A DNA stretch of 64,000 nucleotides from an uncultured Candidatus Binatia bacterium (GCA_965242525.1 OZ251459.1:2137515-2201514); one strand, 5' to 3'; shown: positions 21,662 through 31,979, counted from the first letter of the stretch. Notes: a model not told the origin generated them from the letters alone. A program made the numbers and translations.

Positions 21662-22684
21662 CTACTTCATCAACTCGGCGTTGATCCGGTCGAGTTGGAG
21701 CTGGGACGGCTGCACCGCGTCCTGGGTCAGATACGCCAGGGGCGTGTCGCAGAGGTTCAGGTCCTCCACGAACTCCGGCCGCTCTTCATCCAGGTAGATG
21801 AGGCCGGTCAGGAACTTGCGCTCGGCCACCGCGGCGTGGAGCGCCGTCACCGCCTGCATCCGGTTGGTGGGGTCGTAGTTGCGTCCGAGCTTGTGCAGCG
21901 TCACGCGGGAACCGTCGTGGAGCGTGACCTCCTGGTCGGTCCCCTCCTCGTAGTCCACCTCGATGTTCTCGTACGGCGGAATGAAGTCGATGTCGTGGAG
22001 CGGGTCCAGGTGCTCCCGGATGTACTTGAGGCTCTTGGTGGAGCCGTGATGGTCGTTGAACGTGACGCAGGGGCTCAGCACGTCGAGGATGGCGCTCCCC
22101 TTGTGGGCCACCGCGCCCTGGATCAGGGGCGCGAGCTGCTTCCGGTCCCCGGAGAAGCTCCGGGCCACGTAGGTGGCGCCCAGGGTGATGGCCAGCTCGC
22201 ACAGGTCGATGGCGGGCATGTCGTTGATCTTGCCGCCCTTCATCACCGTGCCCTCGTCCGCGGTGGCCGAGAACTGGCCCTTGGTCAGGCCGTACACGCC
22301 GTTGTTCTCGATGACGTAGGTGATATTCACGTTGCGGCGCATCATGTGGCAGAAGTTCCCCAGCCCGATGGCCGAGGTGTCGCCGTCGCCGGAGATGCCC
22401 AGAGGGATCATCCCGTGGTTGGCCACGTTGGCCCCGGTGGCCACCGACGACATCCGCCCGTGCACCGCGTTGATGCCGAAGGCCTGGTTCATGAAGTAGT
22501 TGGGGGTCTTGGACGAGCAGCCGATGCCGCTCAGCTTGATCACGTTGCGCGGGTCCACGCTGCTGGCGAAGAACGCGCGCATGATGGACGCGGAGATGGC
22601 GTCATGGCCGCAGCCGCGGCACATGGTGGATTCCGCCCCCTTGTAGTCCTTTTCCGTCAGATCGACGCGATTTGCTTTTGCCAT
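21662..22684 (-). CDS. korB: 2-oxoacid:ferredoxin oxidoreductase beta subunit (TPP-binding)
   Basis: 'MCRGCGHDAI...GIGCSS' Cys/TPP-binding region typical of OFOR beta subunits. Confidence 0.8.
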   Translation of the reverse strand: MAKANRVDLTEKDYKGAESTMCRGCGHDAISASIMRAFFASSVDPRNVIKLSGIGCSSKTPNYFMNQAFGINAVHGRMSSVATGANVANHGMIPLGISGDGDTSAIGLGNFCHMMRRNVNITYVIENNGVYGLTKGQFSATADEGTVMKGGKINDMPAIDLCELAITLGATYVARSFSGDRKQLAPLIQGAVAHKGSAILDVLSPCVTFNDHHGSTKSLKYIREHLDPLHDIDFIPPYENIEVDYEEGTDQEVTLHDGSRVTLHKLGRNYDPTNRMQAVTALHAAVAERKFLTGLIYLDEERPEFVEDLNLCDTPLAYLTQDAVQPSQLQLDRINAELMK

Positions 22685-24507
22685 GGCTCGTCCACCTTCG
22701 TTTCGATTTCCTCTTCGGTCGTCTCCCGATGCTCCCGGATCTGCCGGACGATCTCGCCCGCGGTGGCGGGGAGGCCGTCGTAGATCAGCACGCTCACGAT
22801 CCTCGTGGCGAACTCCGGGTACTCCTCCTTGAAGATCGCCGCCATCTGCGCGTCCCGGTTCTGCTCCATGAGATAGACCACCTCATGCGACGCCAGGAAC
22901 TCCCCGACCTCTTCCGTCAGGGGCAACGCCCTGAGCAGCAGGTGGTCGGTCTCCACCCCCGCAGCCCGAAGCCGGTCCCGGGCCTCCCGCACCGCCTCGT
23001 AGCTCGACCCGAAGCAGACCACGCCGGTGTTCACGCCCGGGCGGCTCTCCACCCACGGCTTGGGCACGAAACCGCGGGCGGTCTCGTGCTTGAGCCGCAG
23101 CCGGTCCAGGGTCTCCTTGTAGTCCTTCTCGTCTTCCGAGTAGCGCGCCTGGGCGTCATGCCCCGAGCCCCGGGCGAAGTAGGCCGCCTGGGGATGGCGG
23201 TTGCCGGGGATGGTGCGCTGGGGCACGCCGTCGCCGTCCACGTCCCGGTACCGCCCGAACCCTCCCTGCTTCTCGATGTCCTCGGCGCTCACGAGCTTGC
23301 CCCGGTCGAAGGGCTCCTGCAGCAGTTCCAGCGGGTCGGAACCCCAGAGGTTCATGCCCAGGTCCAGGTCCATCATGACGAACACCGGGGTCTGGAACCG
23401 GTCCGCCAGGTCGAAGCTCCGGCGCCCCAGGTCGAAGCACGACTTCATGTCGTGGGGGATCAGGACGATGTGGCGCGTGTCGCCGTGGGAGGCCAGGTGC
23501 ATCAGGTGGATGTCGGCCTGCTGGGTGCGGGTGGGAAGCCCGGTGGAAGGGCCGCCGCGCTGGATGATGAAATAGACTCCGGGGATCTCGGCGAAGTACT
23601 GGAGGCCGATGGTCTCGTTCATCAGCGACAGGCCGGGGCCGGAGGTGGAGGTCATGGCCCTGGCGCCCATCCAGCCCGCGCCCGCCACCATGTTGGTGGC
23701 GCTGATCTCGTCCTCGGCCTGGATCACCGCATAGGTGGCCTTGCCGTCGTCGTCCTTGCGCAACCGCGGCAGGTACCGTTCCAGCGCCTCGGCCAGGGAG
23801 CTGGACGGGGTGATGGGGTACCAGGCCACGAACGTGACCCCGCCGTAGATGGCCCCGATGGCGCAGGCGGTGTTGCCCTCGGTGACGATCTTCCCCTTGT
23901 TGCCGTCCGGGATCTGCTCCAGCATGGCGATGGACTGGCTCGAACCGTTGTCGCGCATGTGGTCGTAACCGAGCTCGATGCAGAGCAGGTTGGACTCGAT
24001 GACCGCGGGCTTGTTGCCGAAGGTGTCGCTCAACACCGCGCGGATGGTCTCCATGTCGATGCCGAACAGGTAGGCCAGCGCTCCCACATAGACCATGTTG
24101 CGCTGCTTGGCCCTGAGCGGACCCGCCTCCACGTGTTTCTGCACGAGGCCGTTGGCCGGGACCCCGAGGTACTGCACGCCGCCGCGCTTCAGGGAGTCGG
24201 GCAACGGCTTGGTGTCGTCGTAGAGGATCAGGCCGCCGTCCCGGACCCGGTAGATGTCCTTGTCCGCGGTGTCGTCGTTGAACATCACCATGACGTCGAT
24301 CACGTCCTTCCGCCCGAGGTAGCCGTCGGCGTTGGCCCGGATCTGGTACCAGGTGGGCAGGCCCTGGATGTTGGACGGGAACATGTTCTTGGAGGAGCAC
24401 GGGATCCCCATCTTGAATATGGACTTGAACAGGATGTTGTTGGACGAAGCGCTTCCCGAACCGTTGGCGGTAGCGACGCAGATGCTGAGATCGTTGACCA
24501 CGGGCAT
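22657..24507 (-). CDS. korA: 2-oxoacid:ferredoxin oxidoreductase alpha subunit
   Basis: 616-aa alpha/gamma-type OFOR subunit ('GNTACAIGAIYGGVTFVAWYPITPSSS'). It overlaps korB by 28 nt. Confidence 0.8.
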   Translation of the reverse strand: MPVVNDLSICVATANGSGSASSNNILFKSIFKMGIPCSSKNMFPSNIQGLPTWYQIRANADGYLGRKDVIDVMVMFNDDTADKDIYRVRDGGLILYDDTKPLPDSLKRGGVQYLGVPANGLVQKHVEAGPLRAKQRNMVYVGALAYLFGIDMETIRAVLSDTFGNKPAVIESNLLCIELGYDHMRDNGSSQSIAMLEQIPDGNKGKIVTEGNTACAIGAIYGGVTFVAWYPITPSSSLAEALERYLPRLRKDDDGKATYAVIQAEDEISATNMVAGAGWMGARAMTSTSGPGLSLMNETIGLQYFAEIPGVYFIIQRGGPSTGLPTRTQQADIHLMHLASHGDTRHIVLIPHDMKSCFDLGRRSFDLADRFQTPVFVMMDLDLGMNLWGSDPLELLQEPFDRGKLVSAEDIEKQGGFGRYRDVDGDGVPQRTIPGNRHPQAAYFARGSGHDAQARYSEDEKDYKETLDRLRLKHETARGFVPKPWVESRPGVNTGVVCFGSSYEAVREARDRLRAAGVETDHLLLRALPLTEEVGEFLASHEVVYLMEQNRDAQMAAIFKEEYPEFATRIVSVLIYDGLPATAGEIVRQIREHRETTEEEIETKVDEPWQKQIASI

Positions 24508-24655
24508 TTCCTTCTCCAGGGTTGTTTCGGGAGACAGATTCTTGACGGGTCCCTATTGTACCAACACAACGTAGCCTTAACAAGGACTTAACCGTTGCCC
24601 CGAGGACTTTGCCGCTCCTCGGGCCGGGGGATGCGGCGACCCGACGGCCTCCTCC

Positions 24656-25516
24656 CTATCCCGGCGTGTAGTTCTGGTCGGACTCCCAGAACTCCTCGAT
24701 CTCCTTCCATGCCTTGCGCACCACGTCGTCGATGTCGAGCGCCTTGGCGTACTGGAGCACGTCGCCCATGGTCACGATGCCGGTCAGGTCGCCGCCCTCG
24801 CCGGCCACCGGCATGTGCCGGAACCCGTTGTCGCGCATCTTCGCCAGCACTTCCTGGACCGGCGACGCGGGGGCCATGACCAGCGGGTCGGGCGTCATCA
24901 CCTCGGCCACCGGCACCTGCCCCATGTCCCTGTCTTCCAGGGCGACCCGGGTGAGCACGTCCCGCTCGGTGAAGATGCCGCGGACCTTGCCCTCCGCGGA
25001 GACCATGACGCAACCCGTCCGGCCGCGCGCCAGCCTGTCGATGACCTCGGTCACCGGCGTGCCCGCGTCCACCGTGGGCACCGCGCCGGACACCACCTCC
25101 CCCACCGTCCGGGTGTCGCGCAGGTCGGCGCCCAACTCCACCACCAGGTTGAGTATCCGCCGCATGGAGACCAGGCCCGCGGTGCGGCGATCGTCGTCAT
25201 AGACCAGCAGGTGCCGGGACCGGCCCTTGTACATCATGCCCAGCACATCGACGATGGGCGTCCGCTCCGGCACCCCGGGAAGCGGCGTGGTCATGACCCG
25301 GCGCACGGGGGTCTTGTGGACGTCGAGGGTCCGGTTCATCACCCGCCGCAGGACGTCCTGCTCGGTGAAGATGCCGGACGGCTCGTCGCCCTCGGTGACG
25401 ACCACGCGCCCCACCCGGCGATCCACCATGAGCCGGGTCGCTTCCCGTACGGTGCTCGACGGCTCGGCCGTGATGATCGAGCGCGTCATGATCTCGCTTA
25501 CCCTGTTGGTCAGCAT
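24656..25516 (-). CDS. CBS-domain tandem (four CBS motifs) protein
   Basis: Repeated CBS pairs ('VREATRLMVDRRVGRVVV', 'VIDRLARGRTGCVMV', 'EVLAKMRDNGFRHMPV'). Confidence 0.75.
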   Translation of the reverse strand: MLTNRVSEIMTRSIITAEPSSTVREATRLMVDRRVGRVVVTEGDEPSGIFTEQDVLRRVMNRTLDVHKTPVRRVMTTPLPGVPERTPIVDVLGMMYKGRSRHLLVYDDDRRTAGLVSMRRILNLVVELGADLRDTRTVGEVVSGAVPTVDAGTPVTEVIDRLARGRTGCVMVSAEGKVRGIFTERDVLTRVALEDRDMGQVPVAEVMTPDPLVMAPASPVQEVLAKMRDNGFRHMPVAGEGGDLTGIVTMGDVLQYAKALDIDDVVRKAWKEIEEFWESDQNYTPG

Positions 25517-25595
25517 GGAAAACCTCCTTGGCGCCCTGCGCGGCCCCGCGGTCGCCGGGGACCGAAGCGTTGCCTCCGGCCGCGTATCATACTAA

Positions 25596-25793
25596 GGAAC
25601 CTCTGGACAATCGGTACAGGCGACATGAGCGCGTCCTTCGACTCCGCTTCGCTACGCTCAGGACGAACGGGGATAGCTCCGCTTCGCTCAGGACGAACAG
25701 GGAGAGATCCTCTACGCTCAGGACGAACGGGGATAGGAGTGTCAGGGTGAGGGAATCCATCCTGGATGTCTCGATTCTTCACAGGCTCCCTGA
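25596..25793 (+). repeat. MITE-like dispersed element (family A) with three internal ~30-bp tandem units 'cgcttcgct(acg)ctcaggacgaacggggatag'
   Basis: Termini 'ggaacctctggacaatcggtacagg' ... 'cctggatgtctcgattcttcacaggctcc' are imperfectly inverted. The same core is found at six other sites in the window. Confidence 0.7.
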
Positions 25794-25856
25794 TTGTAGT
25801 GCCCATCGCGCGCGACGCCAAGCATAAACACGGCAAGCCGTCTTCCGCAATTTCCC

Positions 25857-27011
25857 ATGGAACCCTTCTCGCTCTACGTCCACATCCCCTACTGCGTCAG
25901 CAAGTGCCCCTACTGTGACTTCAACTCCCACGTGGCCGCCCGCATCCCCGAGGGGGAGTACACCGGCGCCGTGGCCCGGGAGCTGCGCCATCATGCCGGT
26001 TCGGAGCGGTGGGCCAACCGGTCCGTCAGGACGGTCTTCTTCGGCGGCGGCACGCCTTCGACCTTCCACGGGGACAGCATCGCCGCGCTGCTCGACCAGG
26101 CCGCCGGGCTGTTCCGCTTCGAGGAGCGGATGGAGGTCACGCTGGAAGCGAACCCCGGGGCCGCGGACGCCGGCCGGTTCCGGGACTACCGGGGCTGCGG
26201 CGTCAACCGCATCAGCGTCGGCGCCCAGACCTTCGACCCCGGGCTGCTGCGGTTCCTCGGCCGCAGCCACGGGGCCGCGGAGACGCGCCGCGCGCTGGAG
26301 GGCGTCCGGGACGCAGGCTTCGACAACTTCAGCCTCGACCTGATCTACGCGGTCCCGGGGCAGACCGTGGACGGCGTGGACCGGGACCTCAAGCTGGCCC
26401 TGGAAAGCCGGCCGCCCCACCTGTCCGCCTACAACCTCACCATCGAGGAAGGGACGCCCTTCCACGCCCGCTACCGCCAGGGCCGGCTGCGCCCGCTGGA
26501 CGAAGAGACCGAGGTCGAGATGGCCCGGCGCATCGACCTCACCCTCGCCCGGGCCGGGCTGCGGCGGTACGAGATCTCCAACTACGCGCGCCCGGGCTTC
26601 GAATCGCGCCACAACGTCAACTACTGGGAGGGCGGCGACTACCTCGGCGTGGGCGCCGGCGCCCACAGCCATTACCGAAGGCCCGGAGACCCCCTGGGCG
26701 AGCGCTGGCAGAACGAGCGGTCCCCCGCGGCCTACATGCAGCGCACGCGCGAAGACGGCCACGCGGTCACCCAACGCGAGCGTCCGGGACCGCGCCAGGC
26801 CATGGCGGAACACCTGTTCACCGGGCTGCGGATGATCGAAGGGGTCCCGGTCCCCGCCTTCCGGCGCCGTTTCGGGACCACGCCCCGGGACGCTTTCCCC
26901 GCGGTCGGGGAGTGGCTCGGCGACGGCCTCCTGGCCGAAGAAGGCCAACGCCTCCGCTTCGCGCCCGAAGGGCTGCTGCTGGCGGACGAACTCTTCCTTC
27001 GACTCGTGTGA
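25857..27011 (+). CDS. hemW: radical SAM heme chaperone HemW / oxygen-independent coproporphyrinogen-III oxidase family
   Basis: 'LYVHIPYCVSKCPYCDFNS' CX3CX2C near the N-terminus and HemN/HemW C-terminal domain. Confidence 0.85.
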   Translation: MEPFSLYVHIPYCVSKCPYCDFNSHVAARIPEGEYTGAVARELRHHAGSERWANRSVRTVFFGGGTPSTFHGDSIAALLDQAAGLFRFEERMEVTLEANPGAADAGRFRDYRGCGVNRISVGAQTFDPGLLRFLGRSHGAAETRRALEGVRDAGFDNFSLDLIYAVPGQTVDGVDRDLKLALESRPPHLSAYNLTIEEGTPFHARYRQGRLRPLDEETEVEMARRIDLTLARAGLRRYEISNYARPGFESRHNVNYWEGGDYLGVGAGAHSHYRRPGDPLGERWQNERSPAAYMQRTREDGHAVTQRERPGPRQAMAEHLFTGLRMIEGVPVPAFRRRFGTTPRDAFPAVGEWLGDGLLAEEGQRLRFAPEGLLLADELFLRLV

Positions 27012-27094
27012 ACGGAGGCTCGCCGGTCATCCGGCCGGGCGGCAACGCGCGTCCGGGCGGAAGCCGCTGCCGGGGGCCGTCAGGCGCCCACCCG

Positions 27095-28369
27095 TCACGT
27101 GCCCATCTCCCAGGAGGACAGGTAACGCTTCTGTTCCCGGGTGAGCTTGTCGATCCGGGCGCCCATGGCGGCGAGCTTGAGGCTCGCCACCCACTCCACC
27201 AGGGACGAGGGGACGTCATGGACCCGGGCCGACAGCTCGTCCCCCTGCTCGACCGCCCATTCGGAGGCCAGGGCCTGGGTTGCGAAGCTCATGTCCATGA
27301 CCGAGGCCGGATGGCCTTCGGCCGCGGCCAGGTTCACCAGTCGGCCTTCGCCGAGCAGGAACAGGCGCTTCCCCCCGGGCAGGGTGTAGCAGTCCACGTG
27401 GTTCCTCACGTTGCGCTCGCGCTTCACCGCCATCTCGGTGAGGCCCTCGATGTCGATCTCGATGTCGAAGTGGCCGGAGTTGCAGATGACGGCGCCGTCC
27501 TTCATGGCCCGCAGGTGCTCCTTGCGGATCACGTGCATGTCCCCGGTCAGGGTGATGAAGAGGTCGCCGGTCCGGGCGGCATCCTTCATGGGCATCACGT
27601 CGAAGCCGTCCATGGACGCCTCCAGGGCGCGCACCGGATCCACTTCGGTGACCGCCACCCTGGCCCCCATGCCCCGGGCCCGGGACGCCACGCCCCGGCC
27701 GCACCAGCCGTAGCCGGCCACCACCACCCGTTTGCCGGCCAGCAGCACGTCCGTGGCCCGGATGACGCCGTCGATGGTGGACTGGCCGGTGCCGTAGCGG
27801 TTGTCGAACAGGTGCTTGGTGGCGGCGTCGTTGACCGCGATGATGGGGATCCTGAGGGCCCCGTTGGCCTCCAGGGCGCGCAGCCGGATGACCCCGGTGG
27901 TGGTCTCCTCCATGGACGCCACCATGCCGGAGGCCAGGTGGGCGTACTCCTGGTGCAGCATGGACACCAGGTCGGCGCCGTCGTCCATGGTGATGACGGG
28001 CCGGTGGTCCAGCGCCGCCCGCAGGTGCCGGTAGTAGGTGTCGTGGTCCTCGCCGCGCACCGCGAACACCGGCACGCGCTCCTTCTTCACAAGGGCCGCG
28101 GCCACGTCGTCCTGGGTCGAAAGCGGGTTGGACGCGCACAGCGCCACGTCCGCGCCCCCGGCCTTCAACGTGCGCACGAGGTTGGCGGTCTCCGCGGTGA
28201 CGTGGAGGCAGGCCGAGAAGCGCAGGCCCTTCAGGGGCTTCTCCTGCTCGAACCGGGCGCGCACGCTCCGCAGCACCGGCATCTCCTGGTCCGCCCACAG
28301 CACCCGCTTCCAACCGTCCGCGGCAAGGCCCGGGTCCGCCACGTCGAACTGCAACTTCGATCTCGCCAT
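27095..28369 (-). CDS. ahcY: adenosylhomocysteinase
   Basis: 424 aa with NAD-binding region 'VVVAGYGWCGRGVA' and a full-length match to AhcY. Confidence 0.95.
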   Translation of the reverse strand: MARSKLQFDVADPGLAADGWKRVLWADQEMPVLRSVRARFEQEKPLKGLRFSACLHVTAETANLVRTLKAGGADVALCASNPLSTQDDVAAALVKKERVPVFAVRGEDHDTYYRHLRAALDHRPVITMDDGADLVSMLHQEYAHLASGMVASMEETTTGVIRLRALEANGALRIPIIAVNDAATKHLFDNRYGTGQSTIDGVIRATDVLLAGKRVVVAGYGWCGRGVASRARGMGARVAVTEVDPVRALEASMDGFDVMPMKDAARTGDLFITLTGDMHVIRKEHLRAMKDGAVICNSGHFDIEIDIEGLTEMAVKRERNVRNHVDCYTLPGGKRLFLLGEGRLVNLAAAEGHPASVMDMSFATQALASEWAVEQGDELSARVHDVPSSLVEWVASLKLAAMGARIDKLTREQKRYLSSWEMGT

Positions 28370-28451
28370 GTTCCTCTCCCTCTCCGGCGGCCCGCGCGCA
28401 CCGGGGCCGCCCGACGGTCACCGCCGGAAGGGCGCCGGGTGGGTCTCCAGC

Positions 28452-29627
28452 CTATTCTTCGAGTCCGCTCTTCAGGCCCGCCGCCCGGTCGGTCCGTTCC
28501 CACGTGAACAGGCCGTCCTCCGGGTTGCGGCCGAAATGGCCGTAGGCCGCGGACTTCTGGTAGATGGGCGCTCGCAGCTTCAGGGCTTCGATGATCCCCT
28601 TGGGGGTGAGCTCGAAATGCTCCCGCACCAGCCTCGCGATCTCGCGGTCCGGGGCCACGCCGGTGCCGAAGGTGTCGATGGCGATGGACACCGGCTCCGC
28701 CACGCCGATGACGTAGGCGAGCTGGATCTCGCAACGCCGGGCGAGGCCCGCGGCCACCACGTTCTTGGCCACGTAGCGGGCCACGTAGGCCGCGCTCCGA
28801 TCGACCTTGGAAGGGTCCTTGCCCGAGAACGCGCCGCCGCCGTGGCGCCCCATGCCGCCGTAGGTGTCCACGATGATCTTGCGTCCCGTAAGGCCGCAGT
28901 CGGCCTGGGGGCCTCCGATCTCGAAGCTGCCGGTGGGGTTCACCAGGAACTGCGTGCGGTCGTCCAGGTATCCGGCCGGCACCACCGCCCGGACGACGCT
29001 GTCGATGATGGTCTCCCGGAGCTTGTCGTAGGGGACCTCCGGGACGTGCTGGGTGGAAACCACCACGTTGCTGACCCGGTGCGGCCTGCCGTCCCGGTAC
29101 TCGACGCTGACCTGGGACTTGGAATCGGGCCGAAGGAAAGGCGCCTCCCCCGACTTCCTGACCTTGGCCAGGTAGCTCACCAGGTTGTGGGCGAGCTGGA
29201 TCGGCAGGGGCATCAACTCATCGGTGTCGTCGCAGGCGTAGCCGAACATCATTCCCTGGTCGCCCGCGCCCTGCTCCTTGAACAGCCCCTGGCCTTCCGT
29301 GACCCCCTGGGAGATGTTGGGGGACTGGCGCTCCAAGTGCACGAGGACCTTGCACGTGTTGCCGTCGAAGCCCTTGGCCGGGTCGTCGTAGCCGATGTCC
29401 AGCGCCACCCGGCGCGCCACGCTCTCGTAATCCACCTTGCCCTTGCTGGTGATCTCCCCGGCGATGACCACCAGGTCGTTCTTGACCAGGGTCTCGCATG
29501 CGACCCGGCTGTCGGGGTCCTCCGCCAGGTGGGCGTCGAGGACCGCGTCCGATATCTGGTCGCACATCTTGTCGGGGTGCCCCTCCGAGACCGATTCCGA
29601 GGTAAAGACAAAATCTTTGTTCGTCAT
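28452..29627 (-). CDS. metK: S-adenosylmethionine synthase
   Basis: '[20 protein letters not shown]' and '[19 protein letters not shown]' MetK signatures. Confidence 0.95.
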   Translation of the reverse strand: MTNKDFVFTSESVSEGHPDKMCDQISDAVLDAHLAEDPDSRVACETLVKNDLVVIAGEITSKGKVDYESVARRVALDIGYDDPAKGFDGNTCKVLVHLERQSPNISQGVTEGQGLFKEQGAGDQGMMFGYACDDTDELMPLPIQLAHNLVSYLAKVRKSGEAPFLRPDSKSQVSVEYRDGRPHRVSNVVVSTQHVPEVPYDKLRETIIDSVVRAVVPAGYLDDRTQFLVNPTGSFEIGGPQADCGLTGRKIIVDTYGGMGRHGGGAFSGKDPSKVDRSAAYVARYVAKNVVAAGLARRCEIQLAYVIGVAEPVSIAIDTFGTGVAPDREIARLVREHFELTPKGIIEALKLRAPIYQKSAAYGHFGRNPEDGLFTWERTDRAAGLKSGLEE

Positions 29628-29666
29628 GGATGTTCCCTGTCCGGCCCTTCCTTCCCGGAAGGGCCG

Positions 29667-29942
29667 CTAGTCACTCTCGCGAAACTTGTCGTCGATGAGC
29701 TGCTCGATGGCGAGCATCGCTTCCCGGGCGTCGTCCCCCCTGGTCTCGACGCGGATCTTGCTCCCCTTGGCGGCTCCCAGAGTCAGCACGCCCATGATGC
29801 TGCGCGCGTCCACCACGTTGTCGTCCTTGGAGATCTTCACCTCCGAGGAGAACCGGTTCACGGTCTGCACCAGCAACGCGGACGCCCGGGCGTGCATCCC
29901 GAGGCGGTTCTTTATCTCGATCCTCTTCTTGACGCGGTGCAT
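29667..29942 (-). CDS. ptsH: phosphocarrier protein HPr
   Basis: 'IKNRLGMHARASALLV' contains the His-15 region of HPr. Start is taken at 'MHRVKK'. Confidence 0.8.
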   Translation of the reverse strand: MHRVKKRIEIKNRLGMHARASALLVQTVNRFSSEVKISKDDNVVDARSIMGVLTLGAAKGSKIRVETRGDDAREAMLAIEQLIDDKFRESD

Positions 29943-30030
29943 GGGCATGGGCCAGCGTCCCGGCTCCCCGGCCGGGCGCGCCGCGGCCTCCAACCCACTA
30001 GCAAAAAACCGGGCGGGAAGAAACCGCGGG

Positions 30031-30492
30031 TCACAGGTCCCGTTCCTTCTCCTCGATCAGGCTCACCACTTCCTCCGGGGTCTCCACGCGCATGAGGCGT
30101 TCCCGCAGCCCGGCGTCCTTCACCAGCCGCGACACCCGCGCCAGGGCGTTGAGGTGCTCGGAAGTCGATCCTTCGGGCGCAACCAGCAGGAAGAAGATGT
30201 GGGTCGGGGCGCCGTCCTGGGCGTCGAAATCGACCCCTTCCGCACTGCGGGCGAAGGCGACGAACAAGCGCTCCAGCCCCGGGAGCTTGCCGTGGGGTAT
30301 GGCGACTCCTTCCCCGATGGCGGTGCTGCATATCCTCTCCCGGGCACGGATCACCTCGAGCAGCCGCTGCGAGTCCTCGAACCCGTAGTGCCTCGACACC
30401 CGGGTCACCATCTCTTCCAGGACAGCGCCCTTGTCCCGCGCCCGGAGGCTCGGAATCACCGCTTCCGGGTCCAGAACGTCCGTGATTCGCAA
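30031..30492 (-). CDS. ptsN: PTS IIA-like nitrogen regulatory protein (EIIA-Ntr)
   Basis: 'AIPHGKL...THIFFLLVAPEGSTSEHLNALARVSRL' is the EIIA(Fru/Ntr) fold. A TTG start is proposed because AAGGAGG sits 6 nt upstream. No ATG is available. Confidence 0.7.
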   Translation of the reverse strand: MRITDVLDPEAVIPSLRARDKGAVLEEMVTRVSRHYGFEDSQRLLEVIRARERICSTAIGEGVAIPHGKLPGLERLFVAFARSAEGVDFDAQDGAPTHIFFLLVAPEGSTSEHLNALARVSRLVKDAGLRERLMRVETPEEVVSLIEEKERDL

Positions 30493-30536
30493 CCGCCACC
30501 CTCCTTTCCGGGGCTGCCGCGCCCGGCCCGCCGGCG

Positions 30537-31979
30537 TCAGCCGGAGCGGACCCGACGGCTCGCCAACGGCTCCCGTCTCCGGGACGAAGGCAGAATCCCC
30601 AGTTGGTCCCGATATTTTGCCACCGTACGGCGCGCAATGTCGATGCCGAGGTCCGCGAGCGCGCCCGCGATCTCCTGGTCGCTCAGGGGCTTCCCGGGGT
30701 CCTCGGACTCCACCATCGTCTTGATCCGGTCCCGGACCGACTCCGAGGAGACCACACCGGAGCCCCCGTTGTGGGGTATCCCGCTCTGGAAGAAGAACTT
30801 CAACTCGAAGACGCCCTGGGGGGTGAACGCGTACTTGTTGGAGGTGGCGCGGCTGACCGTGGACTGGTGCATGCCGATCTCCGCGGCCACGTCGCGCAGC
30901 ACCAGCGGCCTGAGACGGGCGACGCCGTGGTCCAGGAACTCGCGCTGGAAGCCGAAGATGCTCTCGCTCACGCGGTAGAGGGTCTGCTGGCGCCAGTGGA
31001 CGCTCTTGATCAACCACATGGCCGCCCGGACCTTCGCCTCCAGGTATTCCCTGGCCTTGCGCGCCTCTTCCCCCTTCTCCCGGGCCAGGCGCCGCACCAG
31101 CGGACTCACCCGCAAGGGCGGGACGCCGTCGTCGTTCAGGGAAACCGCGTACTCGCCTCCCACCTTCTGGACCACCACGTCGGGGACGATGGCGCGGACC
31201 TCGCCGTCGTCGAACCCGCGAGCCGGCTTGGGCTCCAGGCAGGCGATGAGGCGGGCCGCCTCCACCACCTGGTCCAGGCTCGCCCCGAGGCCGTCGGCGA
31301 TCCTCTCGTACTGCCGGTACTCCAACTCGTGCAGGTGGTTCGCCACCATGCGGGCGGCCAGGCCGTCCTTCATTCCGGCGTTGCGGAGCTGCGCCAGCAG
31401 GCACTCGCGCAGGTCCCGGGCGGCGATGCCCACCGGGTCGAAGGACTGGACACGGGCCAGGACGTCCTCCACCGCGCCGGGGTCCGCCCGAGCCAACTCG
31501 CCGACCTCCTCCACGGACGCCTCCAGGTAGCCCCGTTCGTCCAGGTTGCCGATGATGAACATCCCGATGCTCTCGCCCGCGTGGTCCAGCCCGGCCATGC
31601 GGAGTTGCCACAACAGGTGCTCCTGCAGCGTCTCCTTGCGGGTGACGGTGTCCTCCAGCGACGGGAAGTCCTCGTCCTCCCGGGCCGCCTCGGGACTCCC
31701 CATGTCGTGGCGCGAGTTGGCGTTCAGGTAGTCCTGCCACTCCAGGATGCGGTCGGTGACCGTGGCGTCGGGGGTCGATTCGGGCTCCCGGACCATTTCC
31801 GGGGCGCCGTCGTCCTCGCCGGGGGCTTCCTCCAGGGCGGGGTTCTCCTGCAACTCCTGGGAGACCCGCTGCTGGAGGTCGAGATGGGACAACTGGAGCA
31901 GCTTGATGGCCTGCTGCAACTGGGGCGTCATCACCAGTTGCGGCGCGAGCTTCTGGGAGAGCTTGATCTCGAGCGCCAT
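30537..31979 (-). CDS. rpoN: RNA polymerase sigma-54 factor
   Basis: N-terminal 'LSQKLAPQLVMTPQLQQAIKLLQL' and C-terminal RpoN box 'ARRTVAKYR'. Confidence 0.9.
   Translation of the reverse strand: MALEIKLSQKLAPQLVMTPQLQQAIKLLQLSHLDLQQRVSQELQENPALEEAPGEDDGAPEMVREPESTPDATVTDRILEWQDYLNANSRHDMGSPEAAREDEDFPSLEDTVTRKETLQEHLLWQLRMAGLDHAGESIGMFIIGNLDERGYLEASVEEVGELARADPGAVEDVLARVQSFDPVGIAARDLRECLLAQLRNAGMKDGLAARMVANHLHELEYRQYERIADGLGASLDQVVEAARLIACLEPKPARGFDDGEVRAIVPDVVVQKVGGEYAVSLNDDGVPPLRVSPLVRRLAREKGEEARKAREYLEAKVRAAMWLIKSVHWRQQTLYRVSESIFGFQREFLDHGVARLRPLVLRDVAAEIGMHQSTVSRATSNKYAFTPQGVFELKFFFQSGIPHNGGSGVVSSESVRDRIKTMVESEDPGKPLSDQEIAGALADLGIDIARRTVAKYRDQLGILPSSRRREPLASRRVRSG

Noticed and set aside
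25640-25730. Possible CRISPR array suggested by ~30-bp direct repeats
   Set aside because: The repeats abut each other with no unique spacers and sit inside a TIR-bounded element found in multiple copies. There is no cas gene nearby.
28038-30095. 685-aa plus-strand ORF spanning metK/ptsH
   Set aside because: It is antisense to metK and HPr, which have unmistakable signatures.
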